DNA of 64,000 nt, from the NCBI GenBank assembly GCA_965247145.1, contig CBDFGH010000006.1, forward strand, positions 104,778-168,777, in the 5' to 3' direction. Each line of letters begins with the position of its first letter. The stretch's first letter is position 1. This DNA is from Rickettsiales bacterium (GTDB lineage: Bacteria > Pseudomonadota > Alphaproteobacteria > Rickettsiales > JAIXRX01). Positions 18,401 to 27,632 of this stretch are shown one piece after another. The notes beneath the pieces are model-generated. The model was not told where the DNA came from, ran no database searches, and was given only the letters and a program-made list of their open reading frames with translations. A program made the translations under genes and the position numbers.

Positions 18401-19163
18401 TGCACATCAGCGCGTCATGCGCTTCGAACATATCTTTATCGAAAAACTCTACATCGTTGGTCGCGACGATGGGCAGACGGTGGCTCTGCGCCAGGGCCAG
18501 GAATTTCGGCTCCAACGTTTTTTCTTCCGCCAGCTGGTGGCGCATCAGTTCGATGTAGAGCCGGTCGGGGAAATGGGTCTGCAGCATGCCCAGCAATTCC
18601 TCGGCGGAAGCATCCTGCCCCGCCAGCAACCGCTGGCCCAGGCCACCATAACGCCCGGCAGTGAGGCACAGCAATCCATCGCAGCGCCCTTCCAACACGC
18701 CATAATCCAGCACCGGGCCTTGCGCACCGGATTCGACGGGGGCGAGATAGACGTCGCTCGCCAGCGAAAGCAGATTGGTCAGACCCGCTTCGTCCTTGGC
18801 GATCAGCAGCAATTGTTCGGGCTTCGGGCCCTGCCCGCGGCGCTGCTCCGCGCCCGGCGGCTGGAAATGCAGCAGCACGCCCAGGATCGGCTGCACGCCG
18901 GAGCCCGCCGCTTCGGCCGAGAATTCCAGGCTGCCGAACAGATTGTTGGTATCCGAAATCCCCAAAGCGGGCATGCCCGCCGCCACCGCCTTTTTCACCA
19001 GGGGTTTGATCTGGCACGCGCCTTCCAGCAGCGAATAGGCCGTATGCACGCGCAAATGCACGAATTGCGGCTGGCCGGTGCGGCTGGTGGGAAGGGGTGG
19101 GAGCATGGAATTATAGGTAGCGAAGAAGGGCGGCGGCGGCAAGGGCGGCGCATGTAATGACAT
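15486..19163 (-). CDS. dnaE: DNA polymerase III alpha subunit
   Basis: PHP domain start FVHLRVHTAYSLLEGA and polymerase core throughout. The start is uncertain: GTG 19175, ATG 19163 or ATG 19106. Confidence 0.95.
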   Translation of the reverse strand: MSLHAPPLPPPPFFATYNSMLPPLPTSRTGQPQFVHLRVHTAYSLLEGACQIKPLVKKAVAAGMPALGISDTNNLFGSLEFSAEAAGSGVQPILGVLLHFQPPGAEQRRGQGPKPEQLLLIAKDEAGLTNLLSLASDVYLAPVESGAQGPVLDYGVLEGRCDGLLCLTAGRYGGLGQRLLAGQDASAEELLGMLQTHFPDRLYIELMRHQLAEEKTLEPKFLALAQSHRLPIVATNDVEFFDKDMFEAHDALMCIAQGRYLGEGDRARLNPHFRFKSPKEMHEIFADLPEAVANTLAIAQRCAVMAAKRDPILPNFGEGGTEDDQLRRRAAEGLEYRLEHYVFNAEMDATRKAELREEYTKRLAFELDVICKMKFPGYFLIVSDFITWSKEHDIPVGPGRGSGAGSLVAWSLLITDLDPLRYGLLFERFLNPERVSMPDFDVDFCQDRRGEVIQYVQQKYGRDQVAQIITFGTLQARAALRDVGRVLQLPYGLVDRVCKMVPNNPAHPTKLAEAIEIEPNLKEAIKKDEQVSHMVDIALKLEGLYRHASMHAAGVVIADRPLSQLVPMYRDPNSDMPVVQYSMKYAELAGLVKFDFLGLKTLSVLHQAVKMIAQVGGPALDLLKLPEGDKKTYELLGRGEAAGVFQLESAGMRDTLRKLKPDNIEDIIALVSLYRPGPMSNIPTYIARKHGLEVPQYPHPDVEEILKETYGVIIYQEQVMQIAQKLSGYSLAQADLLRRAMGKKIRAEMEAQRESFVAGATARKVPKHIATQIFDLMAKFAEYGFNKSHAAAYALIAYQTAYLKANHTVEFLAASMNYDTHNTDKLAMFREEANKFGIAVLPPDVNKSDVLFAGEKPSPPGRRLDEGLSAGSVAGGEALIPAVSQREKESAGAIRYGLAAVRNVGAEAMRALVEERRANGLFRDMFDFVERADPKILNRRQMEHLIKAGAFDSLFPNRKQLMLALEMLLAHGQSMARDRESQQSSLFGGPSESAIAAPRPNMPGGEDWKHLEKLEQEFEAIGFYLSAHPISDYQEALVGQGVTHYAALMDALGPAYTPITLAGIVMGRKIRASERGRFAFLSLSDPTGLYEIAIYDEQILNAQQGLLENGQLLLIKAEGKVDDSGARIVARQIMSMEATLAKYEGRAKAGPSGHWRVTLSDMRALAPLKTLLGEPNGQGVRVSFSLAVGEASQAVVMLPGTYRLSQADLAQLEKLPGVAAAQALS
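16494..16601. repeat. 108-nt palindromic repeat element inserted in frame inside dnaE
   Basis: Contains hairpins TCTCCCTCTGGGAGA (16502-16516), GGATGAGGG/CCCTCATCC (16523-16531 / 16564-16572) and CCTTCTCCCAGGGGGAGAAGG (16575-16595). It has the same architecture as the intergenic element at 30361-30483. It translates as EKPSPPGRRLDEGLSAGSVAGGEALIPAVSQREKES, just before the conserved GAIRYGLAAV. Confidence 0.75.
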
Positions 19164-19260
19164 TGCGGAACACACCTATTTTTACACGGTGTCACATTCC
19201 GTCGTCATCATTCCGTCACAAAGCAGGAGTATAAATAAGATTGATCATACGGAGAGATCT

Positions 19261-19686
19261 GTGGCCAACGAACAAATGCAAACCCCTGCAATCAACCATG
19301 CCGATTTGGCGCGGTTGCTTCAACCGGCCGCTCAAACGGCAACCGGTGGCGTCAGCACGGGTTCGCATGCTACGGATACCTTCGTTGCGGGCGTTGAAAA
19401 ACTTACGGGTTTCAAAGGCTCTCCTGGCTTGCTTCCAGACGCACAGGGATTGTGGCGGCATCAAATGGAAGGGTTGCTCAAAAGATCGCTTGGACGTGGA
19501 TTGGATGATTTCCTGCAAAAGCGTTTTGTACGTGAGCATGATCAAAACGCCGCTTTTGCAGGTTTGCAGGAGTTGCGGATCGAGCATGTAGAAATTGGAA
19601 CTGGTGGTATGCCACCCGGCTCGCCGATTCAGACGCCGGAAATTTCTGCCCCCAGCGGTGGGCGCGGCATGGGCGACTGGGCATAG
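19261..19686 (+). CDS. Hypothetical protein (141 aa)
   Basis: Open frame 19189..19686. I prefer the GTG at 19261, which lies 5 nt after GGAGAG (19250-19255). I recognise no family. Confidence 0.4.
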   Translation: MANEQMQTPAINHADLARLLQPAAQTATGGVSTGSHATDTFVAGVEKLTGFKGSPGLLPDAQGLWRHQMEGLLKRSLGRGLDDFLQKRFVREHDQNAAFAGLQELRIEHVEIGTGGMPPGSPIQTPEISAPSGGRGMGDWA

Positions 19687-19829
19687 CCGCCTGCATTTTA
19701 TCCGTGATTTTAAGCAAATTTTATGGCATGCTTGCAGCCTGATTTTTTCGTGGGCCTGGTGAATGCCGCCCGCGTTGGGATGCCCGCTTCGGGCGGTAGT
19801 TCACGTTCGGCTGAGGGGCCTCGCACGCA

Positions 19830-20030
19830 ATGATGGAAGAAATTACGCTGACCAAGCGCCTGGATGGCCTTCGCAACAAGCACCAGGAAATCGACGACGA
19901 GATCGACGATCTGATGCGCCAGAGCTATTACGATCAACTCTACGTCGCCCGCCGCAAGAAAGAGCGTGCCCAGTTGCGCACCATGATGGCCGAGATCGAA
20001 TCCCAGCTATACCCGGATATTATCGCATAG
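19830..20030 (+). CDS. DUF465 (YdcH-like) small coiled-coil protein
   Basis: 66 aa: LRNKHQEIDDEIDDL...YDQLYVARRKKERAQLR. This matches the DUF465 pattern H-x-x-[IL]D..I ... KK.[KR]L.L[KR]. Confidence 0.7.
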   Translation: MMEEITLTKRLDGLRNKHQEIDDEIDDLMRQSYYDQLYVARRKKERAQLRTMMAEIESQLYPDIIA

Positions 20031-20124
20031 CGATACGTTTAGACGAGCGAGCCATCGCGTTCTACTTCGTGTCGGGCCTGCGAGCTTCCACATGAGCCTA
20101 GACACTTGGCGAAAGCTAAACGTA

Positions 20125-20168
20125 AAATAAATAAGGGCCACCCAACGGGTGGCCCTTATTATTATTGG
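20125..20168. terminator. Bidirectional intrinsic terminator between the DUF465 gene and ompA-like gene
   Basis: Perfect 13-bp stem ATAAGGGCCACCC/GGGTGGCCCTTAT (20131-20143 / 20147-20159) with an AAC loop. The flanks are A/T-rich on both sides, and it lies between convergent genes. Confidence 0.75.
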
Positions 20169-20180
20169 TGGCCGATGCCT

Positions 20181-21239
20181 TTATTTGGGCTGGATCACAT
20201 AGGTGATTTCGGCGCGGCGGTTTTGCGGCTCTTTCACGCCATCATCGGTCGAAACCAACGGATCGCTTTCACCTTTGGCTTCGGTCTTGATCATTTTGCC
20301 CGAGATGCCGAGGTGGGCCAGTTCGGCCTTCACGGTCGCGGCGCGCTTGGCCGAGAGCTTGTTGTTGTAGCTGTCGCTACCCGAACGGTCGGTGTGACCG
20401 GTGACATCGAGCTGTACGGCCTGACCGTTGCCAGCGTCAGCAGCGGCTTGCTTCAGCACTTCCACTGCTTCCGGGGTCAAGGTCGCTTTGTTGAAGTCGA
20501 AGAACACCAGATACTTGCGCGAGACGGGCCCGTGCTCTTGTACGGTGGCAGGAGCAGCAGCCACAGGACGCGGAGCGGGAGCAGGCTCAGCCATCGGCGC
20601 AGGTGCGCTGCCGAAGGTGTAGCGCAGACCGGCAACCACCGAATTGTTGTGATAATCGGACTTCACGTCGCCGATCGCGCCGGGACCGCTGTATTTGGTG
20701 TTGAAGGCATGCAGGTAACGATAGTCGGCGAATACGCCCCAGTTGTTGTCTAGATCGTACGACATACCGGCGATACCCTGCATCGCAAAGCTCCAGTCGT
20801 GGTCGTCCAGAGCGCCGAAGGAGAAGCCACCGGCATCCACTTTGGTGCGAATCGCACCCGCGCCGATACCGACATAGGGCTTCACTTTGGAATCCGCGCC
20901 GAAGAGGGGGATGTCATACAAAGCGTTGTACATGAAATTCCATGCGCCAACATCACCGCTTTCCTGACCGGTGCCGGTGCTGTCGAGGTTGTTGTGGCGA
21001 TAGGTGGCTTCCAATTCGTTGCGCAGGCCATTGCCGAAATTATACCCGGCGCTGACGCCGCCCAGCCAACCTTCGTTCCACTTGGTGGGGTTGTCGCGGG
21101 TGGTAGCGGATTTGGTAGGCTCGTTTTGCAGCGTGCTGAGACCGCCGTGTGCACCCAAGTACCAGCCTTCAGCGGCCATGGCGGGCGCGCCGAGCAATGC
21201 GATGGCCGAAGCCGTCAGTACGAGTTTCTTCAATTGCAT
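20181..21239 (-). CDS. Outer-membrane protein: N-terminal beta-barrel plus C-terminal OmpA domain
   Basis: Start moved to the ATG at 21239, which gives MQLKKLVLTASAIALLGAPAMAAEG (signal peptide) with a GAGGAG RBS. The C-terminal OmpA domain reads FDFNKATLTPEA...TGHTDRSGSDSYNNKLSAKRA...NRRAEI. Confidence 0.85.
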   Translation of the reverse strand: MQLKKLVLTASAIALLGAPAMAAEGWYLGAHGGLSTLQNEPTKSATTRDNPTKWNEGWLGGVSAGYNFGNGLRNELEATYRHNNLDSTGTGQESGDVGAWNFMYNALYDIPLFGADSKVKPYVGIGAGAIRTKVDAGGFSFGALDDHDWSFAMQGIAGMSYDLDNNWGVFADYRYLHAFNTKYSGPGAIGDVKSDYHNNSVVAGLRYTFGSAPAPMAEPAPAPRPVAAAPATVQEHGPVSRKYLVFFDFNKATLTPEAVEVLKQAAADAGNGQAVQLDVTGHTDRSGSDSYNNKLSAKRAATVKAELAHLGISGKMIKTEAKGESDPLVSTDDGVKEPQNRRAEITYVIQPK

Positions 21240-21518
21240 GGTCGTCTCCTCGAATCGTCGATTGAAAATGATGGAACAGTGCTTGTCTGTGTGATTCGGA
21301 GCATACCGATCCAAGGCGGTGTAACAACCGCAAAACCGCAGTTTTACGCTCGTTTTATGCGCCAGCCCCGTGCTATGTTGCATTATTACATCATGGAACG
21401 GAGTGGGGGCCTCGGAGGCTGTGATTCAATTGCGTCACATAGATCGCTTTTGCGGCACTATTCATGATTTGTTAGGGAAACAGCCCGTATTCTGGCCCCT
21501 GCCGATCAGGAGCTGTGC

Positions 21519-22739
21519 ATGAACGAATCCGCCTTCTTTACCCCCCAAGACGTAACCGCAATCCGCGACAACCCCACCATTGAAGCCAAAATGGGCGTAG
21601 CACGGCGGCTGGGTTCCCACTTCCGCGAGCTGCCTCGCCAAAGCGCCGCCTACCGCATGGCCGTAGAAATCGCCATGCTGCTGCAACGCGATACCCGCGA
21701 CGAGGTACGCGCCGCACTCTCCGAATCCATCGCAGCCGAGGCGAAAACGCCAACCAGCCTCGCCACACTGCTCGCCAACGATAATGCCGACACAGTGGCC
21801 GTGCCGATCCTCACCCATTCGCCCAAGCTGACGGACGCCCTGCTGTTACCTTTGATCCATGCCACGCAAGCGAGCTTGCGGTTGCTTGCCATCGCCGCGC
21901 GCACCAAGCTTTCCAGCCCCGCCTGTCTGGCGCTGATCGAGAAACAATTCGAAGAAGTCGCACTAGCGGTGCTGAACCGCCATGCCGATACGCTCGACGA
22001 GCCTTGCTACGGCATGATCGTACGGCATTATGCGCGCAGCGTGCAGATCATGCAGCTCGCACAGGAAACGGCGATGCAGCGCCGCACTCATTTTCCCGAT
22101 CCCCAACATGGGGCGGGCGATGCGATGTCGCGCATGCAATCCCCCGCCAATGACAGAGAAAATCTCGATACGGCCGACCGACCGCTATTGGGCCGCAACG
22201 ATCTGAGCGATGGGTTGCTGGGCTGGCGAATGATGATGCAGCGCTGCCAACAAGGACTTCCACTGGAGGATGGGTTCGCCACGCCTTGGCCGGGCGAGGA
22301 ACAACACCAGATGGAAACCGATTTGGCCGGGGAAACTTTCGGTAATTGGCAGAATATGGTAAATCGCATGAACCGCGAGGGGGCGCTTCAGGCCCCGGTG
22401 ATGTTGATGGCGTTGAGTATGGGTCTTGTGCCGCTTTTTGCGTTGTGCCTGGCGCGACATGCGCGCGCCAGCGTGGAAGATACCATGGCCGCCTGCACCA
22501 ACAACGAAACCGATTTCCGCCAACTTTATCAACGCTCCCACTTGCCTTCTGCCCTGTATCGCTTGTGCTGGTGGACCTTGGCCGCGGCACGCGAGCAACT
22601 GGCCCGCGGTATCATGCCCTGCAGTGAAGAAATGCGCAGCGCCATGGCGCGCAAGCTGGCCCAGGCGGAAGGCTTGAAGATCAATTTCGCCCGCACCATC
22701 GGGCAGCCCGTGATGGAAGCGCTGCTGCGCGCCGATTAG
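21519..22739 (+). CDS. DUF2336-like helical-repeat protein
   Basis: 406 aa. The N-terminal half shows a HEAT-like pattern (VRAALSESIAAEAKTPTSLATLLANDNADTVAVPILTHSPKLTDALLLPLI) that I associate with alphaproteobacterial DUF2336. Confidence 0.55.
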   Translation: MNESAFFTPQDVTAIRDNPTIEAKMGVARRLGSHFRELPRQSAAYRMAVEIAMLLQRDTRDEVRAALSESIAAEAKTPTSLATLLANDNADTVAVPILTHSPKLTDALLLPLIHATQASLRLLAIAARTKLSSPACLALIEKQFEEVALAVLNRHADTLDEPCYGMIVRHYARSVQIMQLAQETAMQRRTHFPDPQHGAGDAMSRMQSPANDRENLDTADRPLLGRNDLSDGLLGWRMMMQRCQQGLPLEDGFATPWPGEEQHQMETDLAGETFGNWQNMVNRMNREGALQAPVMLMALSMGLVPLFALCLARHARASVEDTMAACTNNETDFRQLYQRSHLPSALYRLCWWTLAAAREQLARGIMPCSEEMRSAMARKLAQAEGLKINFARTIGQPVMEALLRAD

Positions 22740-22757
22740 GTAGGACTGGCCTCTGCC

Positions 22758-23603
22758 TCAGGACTGACCCCTGCCGGTTTCCACCGGCCACTCCGGACGC
22801 GATCCCCACTCCGCCCAGGAACCGTCATAGACCCGCACATCCGCACGGCCCGTTTCATGCAGGCCCAAAGCGAGGATGCAGGCGGTCACGCCCGAGCCGC
22901 AACTGGCGATGACGGGGAGACGCGGTTGGGTGACCGTGGCAAAAAGATTCGTCAACGCAGCTGCCGGTAGCAATCCCCCCTGCGCATCCAGCAATTTCGC
23001 ATAATGCAGGGAAACGCCGCCGGGTATGTGTCCGGCGCGCAGGCCCGGGCGCGGTTCGGGTTCTTCGCCCGCGAAACGCGGCAGGGAACGCGCATCGAGC
23101 AGGGTCGCATGCCGGCGCATGGTTTCCACCATCGCCGCATCCGCCACCAGCGCAGGCTGTAGATGGGCTTGGTAGATTGCGGGTTGGGAAGATGACGGAC
23201 CGGGCTGCACTTCTCCGCCCGCCGCGAGCCAGGCGGGCAAACCGCCATTCAGTACTTTTAGCGAACCGCGATGGCCCATGGCGCGCAGCATCCACCATGC
23301 ACGCGGCGCGGAGAACATGCCCAGGCTGTCATAGATCACCACCGCATCCGTCTCCCGCACACCCAGCGCGCCGAGATGATCCGCAAAAACCTCCGCCATG
23401 GGCAGCATGTGAGGATACGGGCTTGCCGCATCGCGGATGGTGTCGATGTCGAAGAAGCGCGCGCCGGGAATGTGGCGCGCAAGGAATTCTTCGCGGCCGC
23501 TGCGCCCGGTGGCGGGCATGTGCCAGCTGGCATCCAGCAGAGCGAAATCCTGCCGCCCGGCCATCAGCGCAGCGGCGGAAATAAGCGCGGAATCGTGCGG
23601 CAT
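22758..23603 (-). CDS. sseA: 3-mercaptopyruvate/thiosulfate sulfurtransferase (tandem rhodanese)
   Basis: 281 aa with two rhodanese domains and the active-site loop SCGSGVTAC. Confidence 0.85.
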   Translation of the reverse strand: MPHDSALISAAALMAGRQDFALLDASWHMPATGRSGREEFLARHIPGARFFDIDTIRDAASPYPHMLPMAEVFADHLGALGVRETDAVVIYDSLGMFSAPRAWWMLRAMGHRGSLKVLNGGLPAWLAAGGEVQPGPSSSQPAIYQAHLQPALVADAAMVETMRRHATLLDARSLPRFAGEEPEPRPGLRAGHIPGGVSLHYAKLLDAQGGLLPAAALTNLFATVTQPRLPVIASCGSGVTACILALGLHETGRADVRVYDGSWAEWGSRPEWPVETGRGQS

Positions 23604-23618
23604 GAGACGCGCTTTCCT

Positions 23619-24251
23619 TTATTGCTTGAAGGGTTCTTTGCCGGGCAGCGCCATGTCCAGGCTGGCGCTCAGTGTGCCGTTCGGCTGCGGCACCACGCGC
23701 AGCATCAGCGCTTCGGCCTGCCCTGCCCCCAGTTTACGCAGCACGGGGTCGCCGTCGTTGCGCTGGTCGGCTTCGAAGAAAAGCTCGGTCGCCAGCTTGG
23801 GGAAAGCGGCATGGCGCACCAGCAGGTGCAGGTGCGGCGCGCGCGGGCCTTGCGGGTCTTGGTAGGCACCGGGGAAGATGGTGATGAAACGGAAACGTCC
23901 CGTATTGTCCGTGACCGTGCGGCCTGCGCCGATGAATACGGCGTAGGGCGTGGCCATCGCTGCCGCATCCGCCGTCTGGTATATTCCATCGCGGTTGGTC
24001 TGCCACAGATCGATCACCGCGTTGGAGATTGGGTTGCAGCGCGCATCCGTCAGCCTTCCCTCCAGCGTGATCGTCTGCCCTTCGGCGGCCAGCGGCTTGC
24101 CCGCGCCCTGGATCAGATCGTTACCGGTGGGCATGTTTTCGCGACCGGGATAGGCTTCCATCGCCCCCGGCACGGAAGGTGTGGGCGGGCATGCGGCCTG
24201 GGCCAGGCCTGCACAGAAAATCATGGTCGCGATGGCGAAAATCAGCCGCAT
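23619..24251 (-). CDS. Secreted intradiol ring-cleavage dioxygenase-like protein
   Basis: Start at the ATG at 24251 gives MRLIFAIATMIFCAGLAQAAC (signal peptide). It has the family motifs IDLWQTNRDGIY and PRAPHLHLLV. Confidence 0.7.
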   Translation of the reverse strand: MRLIFAIATMIFCAGLAQAACPPTPSVPGAMEAYPGRENMPTGNDLIQGAGKPLAAEGQTITLEGRLTDARCNPISNAVIDLWQTNRDGIYQTADAAAMATPYAVFIGAGRTVTDNTGRFRFITIFPGAYQDPQGPRAPHLHLLVRHAAFPKLATELFFEADQRNDGDPVLRKLGAGQAEALMLRVVPQPNGTLSASLDMALPGKEPFKQ

Positions 24252-24331
24252 GGAAACCCCCGGAATATCGTTTGCCCGCTGAGAGCATAGGCGATCAGCG
24301 CTAGCAGAAAAGCGCCAGCCCGCCAAGCGGC

Positions 24332-25171
24332 CTAAAGCACGCGCTCGATGGAGGCGGCCGCGGCCTTGCGCGAATCCATCAACCGCTGACGAAAATTGCC
24401 GATATCTGCCGCATAGTGGCTGGGCACCAATTCTGCGTATCCCTGGGCGCGCGCTTCCTCTGCCATGTTTTCATCTTTCGCGCGTTCTTTCCTCTGGCCA
24501 CGGGTTTCGCTGGTCAGCCATTTGGTGACTGCATACACGACAGCACCGATGGCCGTCGCCGCCATCAGGCTGTAGATCAACACATTGGTGCGGGTCTCTT
24601 TCGAAAGATTTTTCCACCGCAGCGAAAGGATGTTGTTGTTGTGCAATTCGTCGACGACTTTTTCATCCACCACATTGCGGAATGGACGACGCGACATCTG
24701 TTCGTTATTGGCTTTGTAAACTGCCTTCAATCGCTCATCGACGGAAATCTGTTCTATGGTTGAAAAATGCTTGGACAGCCCCAAGAACGTTTCATCCGTA
24801 GGAATCGCTTTACCACCAGCCAGTTTTTGTATTTCCGCGCTTTTCTGGGCAAGTTGTTCATACACGCCTCTGATTTCCGGTAGTTCCTTTAATTCAGCCA
24901 GGCGATGTCTATCGATATCGTTCTCCGCATGCCGCAACTGGCGGGCGAGATCAACCAGCTTGTGGTATTTCTCCTGCAGATAGACGCCATACCCCACGAT
25001 GCCGGAGGTAATGCCGGCGAGAATGAACGGGGTCCATTCACGCTTGCCGTCCGCCACCACACGGCGCTCGCGGCGTTTCTGCAAAGCGAGCAATTCCTCA
25101 CGCATCGCTTCGGGCGTGGCCGAATCGGGCGGGGTTTGCTGCGTTGAGGTTTTGAGCGGGGATTCGACCAT
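24332..25171 (-). CDS. Hypothetical two-TM coiled-coil membrane protein (279 aa)
   Basis: Hydrophobic helices WTPFILAGITSGIVGYGVYL and NVLIYSLMAATAIGAVVYAV flank a charged helical region of about 140 aa. The ATG (25169-25171) overlaps the TAA of the upstream 735-aa gene as TAATG. Confidence 0.6.
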   Translation of the reverse strand: MVESPLKTSTQQTPPDSATPEAMREELLALQKRRERRVVADGKREWTPFILAGITSGIVGYGVYLQEKYHKLVDLARQLRHAENDIDRHRLAELKELPEIRGVYEQLAQKSAEIQKLAGGKAIPTDETFLGLSKHFSTIEQISVDERLKAVYKANNEQMSRRPFRNVVDEKVVDELHNNNILSLRWKNLSKETRTNVLIYSLMAATAIGAVVYAVTKWLTSETRGQRKERAKDENMAEEARAQGYAELVPSHYAADIGNFRQRLMDSRKAAAASIERVL

Positions 25172-27378
25172 TACGAGATAGACGGGCTTGAGTTGATTTC
25201 GGAGGGGGCGGCGGCATTGCGGTCGCGCCAGCTTTCTTGGGTTGCCTTAGGTTTGGGGGCCGCAACCTGGGCCGGGGATGCAAGCGTGCGCGAAGCCAGC
25301 GGCACGGAAGTGCGCGCCGCGACATGGTTCATCTGCGCGGGGTCGACGATATCGCCGATCACGCGTTTCGACCATGGGGTGGCACCTATCGTATCTGCGT
25401 TGTCGCGGCCGAAGACCGAGCCCGCGCCCGTGTTTTTACTGGGTTTGATGAATTCGCGCGCAATGCCTTTCAAACCGTCGACGAATTTACGGCCGTCCAG
25501 CTCGGCGATGCCGTCCTGCAAAGTATCGATCTGGCGATCCATCTCCGGCGTGTCGCGCTGCCCCAACTCGGTCTTCACCACGAAGTAGGCGGTATAGGGC
25601 ATAATGGCGTTCACCCCGGCGACGGAAGCGCTTTTCAAATCCTTTTCCGCCTCCGCGATGTCTTTGCTGTTGGCCGCGTCGCGCGATCCGTAATTGATGT
25701 CGGAAAGACGGTCATACAATGCCGCGCCGAGCTCGTTCGATTTTTTGCCGAGGTTGTTGAGCAGACGCACGGGGCTCAAAGCAGCGCGGCCCTGATTGGA
25801 ATGATCGTAGGGATCGAAACTATCGAACGGCTTATCGGCGCGCGAAGGATCGAGGGGCTTGGCGAAGGGGTTCTGCAAATCCTTCGCGGTCGATGCCCGC
25901 GCCGCAGGATCATTTCTTTCTTCGAAGAAATGCATCTGCATCGGTTGCGCGTTTGCCCCTACGCCGACTGGAACGAATCGATCGTTTTCAATTTTATAAA
26001 ATTCGTTGCCATCCGTCAGTTTGCTGCTTTCGTTCATCTTGGCACGAAAATCCGGAGTCAACGGGCGAATGGCGCTTCCGCTGGGCAAATGCGAGGAGTC
26101 GATCATCATCGGCCCCAATTGCGGATTGATCGCCATGCCGCCAAACGCTCCGTTCTTCGCCTGCGGCACCCGCAGGAACGAGAAGAAAGGCACCGTCAGC
26201 GTCATCATCACATAGCCTTTGATGGTGCTGTGCACCACATAACGCGCCGCATCCTTTATGAATTGGCCCACATGGCCCAGCGCTTCACCCGGCGAATCCG
26301 GCAAAGTAAATTTCGGCGTGTTACCGTCCTTCACCCAACTGTTGATGCGGTCCCCGATACTGTTGTAGGTCTCGCGGAACATCAGCGTCATGACGTTGTA
26401 GTTGCTGAAGCGCAGCTGGTAGTCGATGATGTTTTCTTTATAGTACGTCTCGCCCGTCAGCTTGCCGGTTTTGTCGACCCTATAGGCGTCGCTGTTGCCG
26501 TAATCGAAGGCGTATTTGAAACCGGGCGAGAATTTGTTCATCGCCTCGCGCTGCAGTTTCATCGAATAGATGTAGGGGAGGCCGACGATGAAATCCTCGC
26601 CTGCGAAATAGCTGATCGTCTTCCACAGCGCCTTGCCCTGGGAAATCATCATCTTCTTCACATCCCACTTCCCGCCTTCCAGCCAGGAGATGGGTTTGTT
26701 GGGATCGATCAACCCGGCCAGGTTGCGCGCGGTCGAATCCCCGATGGAGGCGGCGGCGAAGTTGAAGACCACATCCACATATTCATGGCCCAGGGAACGC
26801 CCCGGCTGCTCCATTCCAGCAGCGTCCGTGCGCCCGAAAAAGCGGGTGTTGCGGAAGGTCACCCAATCGCCGCGCGTCGCGCCCGCGCTGCCGATAAGGC
26901 CGCCACCGATGACGCGGCCCACGGTTTTGTCGAGCAGCATCGCAGCGCCGCGGATGAAGCGGTGCCAGGGTTTGTTGGCGAATTTGTAATGCTCGGCATC
27001 GTCGATATTTTTGTGCGGCGTGTAGCGCTGCATGGCGCGCTCTACCGCCATCGAGGCCAGTGCGTAGGCAAGCGAACCGGCGAGGCCGCGCGAGAAAAGA
27101 CGGGTGCCCATGCGGCCATGGGTGGATTCCCACCAGGTTTTGCCTGTGCTTTTGCGCAGCGGCGCGGCCAGCATCTCCGTCACATGCGCATTCGATGCGG
27201 CGAGAGCTTTCTGCGGATTGACATTGAGCGCCATGATGCTGGGCGCCGGCACTTCGCCCGGCTTGTTTCCGGTGAATGCAACCCCGGGCGCCATCCCGCC
27301 ATACGCACGCGTAGGCACAGGCGCGGAGGTGCGCGCGGGCTCTATCGTGGGAGAAAGGGTGGCGGGGCTGTCGCTCAC
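25171..27378 (-). CDS. Hypothetical large polytopic membrane protein (735 aa)
   Basis: Balanced composition rich in K/N/Y/F/W/M, whereas the overlapping plus-strand ORF 25237..27387 is R/H/G/V-rich antisense-type sequence. Several hydrophobic helices are present (LAGSLAYALASMAV, GYVMMTLTVPFFSFL, VNAIMPYTAYFVV). I recognise no family. Confidence 0.65.
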   Translation of the reverse strand: MSDSPATLSPTIEPARTSAPVPTRAYGGMAPGVAFTGNKPGEVPAPSIMALNVNPQKALAASNAHVTEMLAAPLRKSTGKTWWESTHGRMGTRLFSRGLAGSLAYALASMAVERAMQRYTPHKNIDDAEHYKFANKPWHRFIRGAAMLLDKTVGRVIGGGLIGSAGATRGDWVTFRNTRFFGRTDAAGMEQPGRSLGHEYVDVVFNFAAASIGDSTARNLAGLIDPNKPISWLEGGKWDVKKMMISQGKALWKTISYFAGEDFIVGLPYIYSMKLQREAMNKFSPGFKYAFDYGNSDAYRVDKTGKLTGETYYKENIIDYQLRFSNYNVMTLMFRETYNSIGDRINSWVKDGNTPKFTLPDSPGEALGHVGQFIKDAARYVVHSTIKGYVMMTLTVPFFSFLRVPQAKNGAFGGMAINPQLGPMMIDSSHLPSGSAIRPLTPDFRAKMNESSKLTDGNEFYKIENDRFVPVGVGANAQPMQMHFFEERNDPAARASTAKDLQNPFAKPLDPSRADKPFDSFDPYDHSNQGRAALSPVRLLNNLGKKSNELGAALYDRLSDINYGSRDAANSKDIAEAEKDLKSASVAGVNAIMPYTAYFVVKTELGQRDTPEMDRQIDTLQDGIAELDGRKFVDGLKGIAREFIKPSKNTGAGSVFGRDNADTIGATPWSKRVIGDIVDPAQMNHVAARTSVPLASRTLASPAQVAAPKPKATQESWRDRNAAAPSEINSSPSIS

Positions 27379-27632
27379 GCGCTCTGAGGGCCTTTCGGGA
27401 TGGGTATTTCTACCCTTCCGTTATACCACTGGCGTAAGCCTGCCTTGCATGAAGTTTGTGTTACGGTTCCGTGAATGTTAACGCGCATTCATCTTCATTG
27501 TTACAGCCATATGAAGATTGTGTGACACCCCATGGTTGCGTTTGCGGGCACAGGGGAACGCATGGTAAATTAAGGGTGCTTCAATGAATGGCATGTTGCC
27601 CAACGAATGACCTTTGAGAGATTCCACTTCAC
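27379..27632. promoter_or_regulatory. Divergent control region between the 735-aa and 907-aa genes
   Basis: 254-bp gap that is visibly AT-richer than the flanks. It holds an inverted repeat ATCTTCAT-N12-ATGAAGAT (27491-27498 / 27511-27518). A possible sigma70-like pair, TTGCGG-N18-TAAATT (27542-27571), faces the 907-aa gene. The promoter call is weak. Confidence 0.3.
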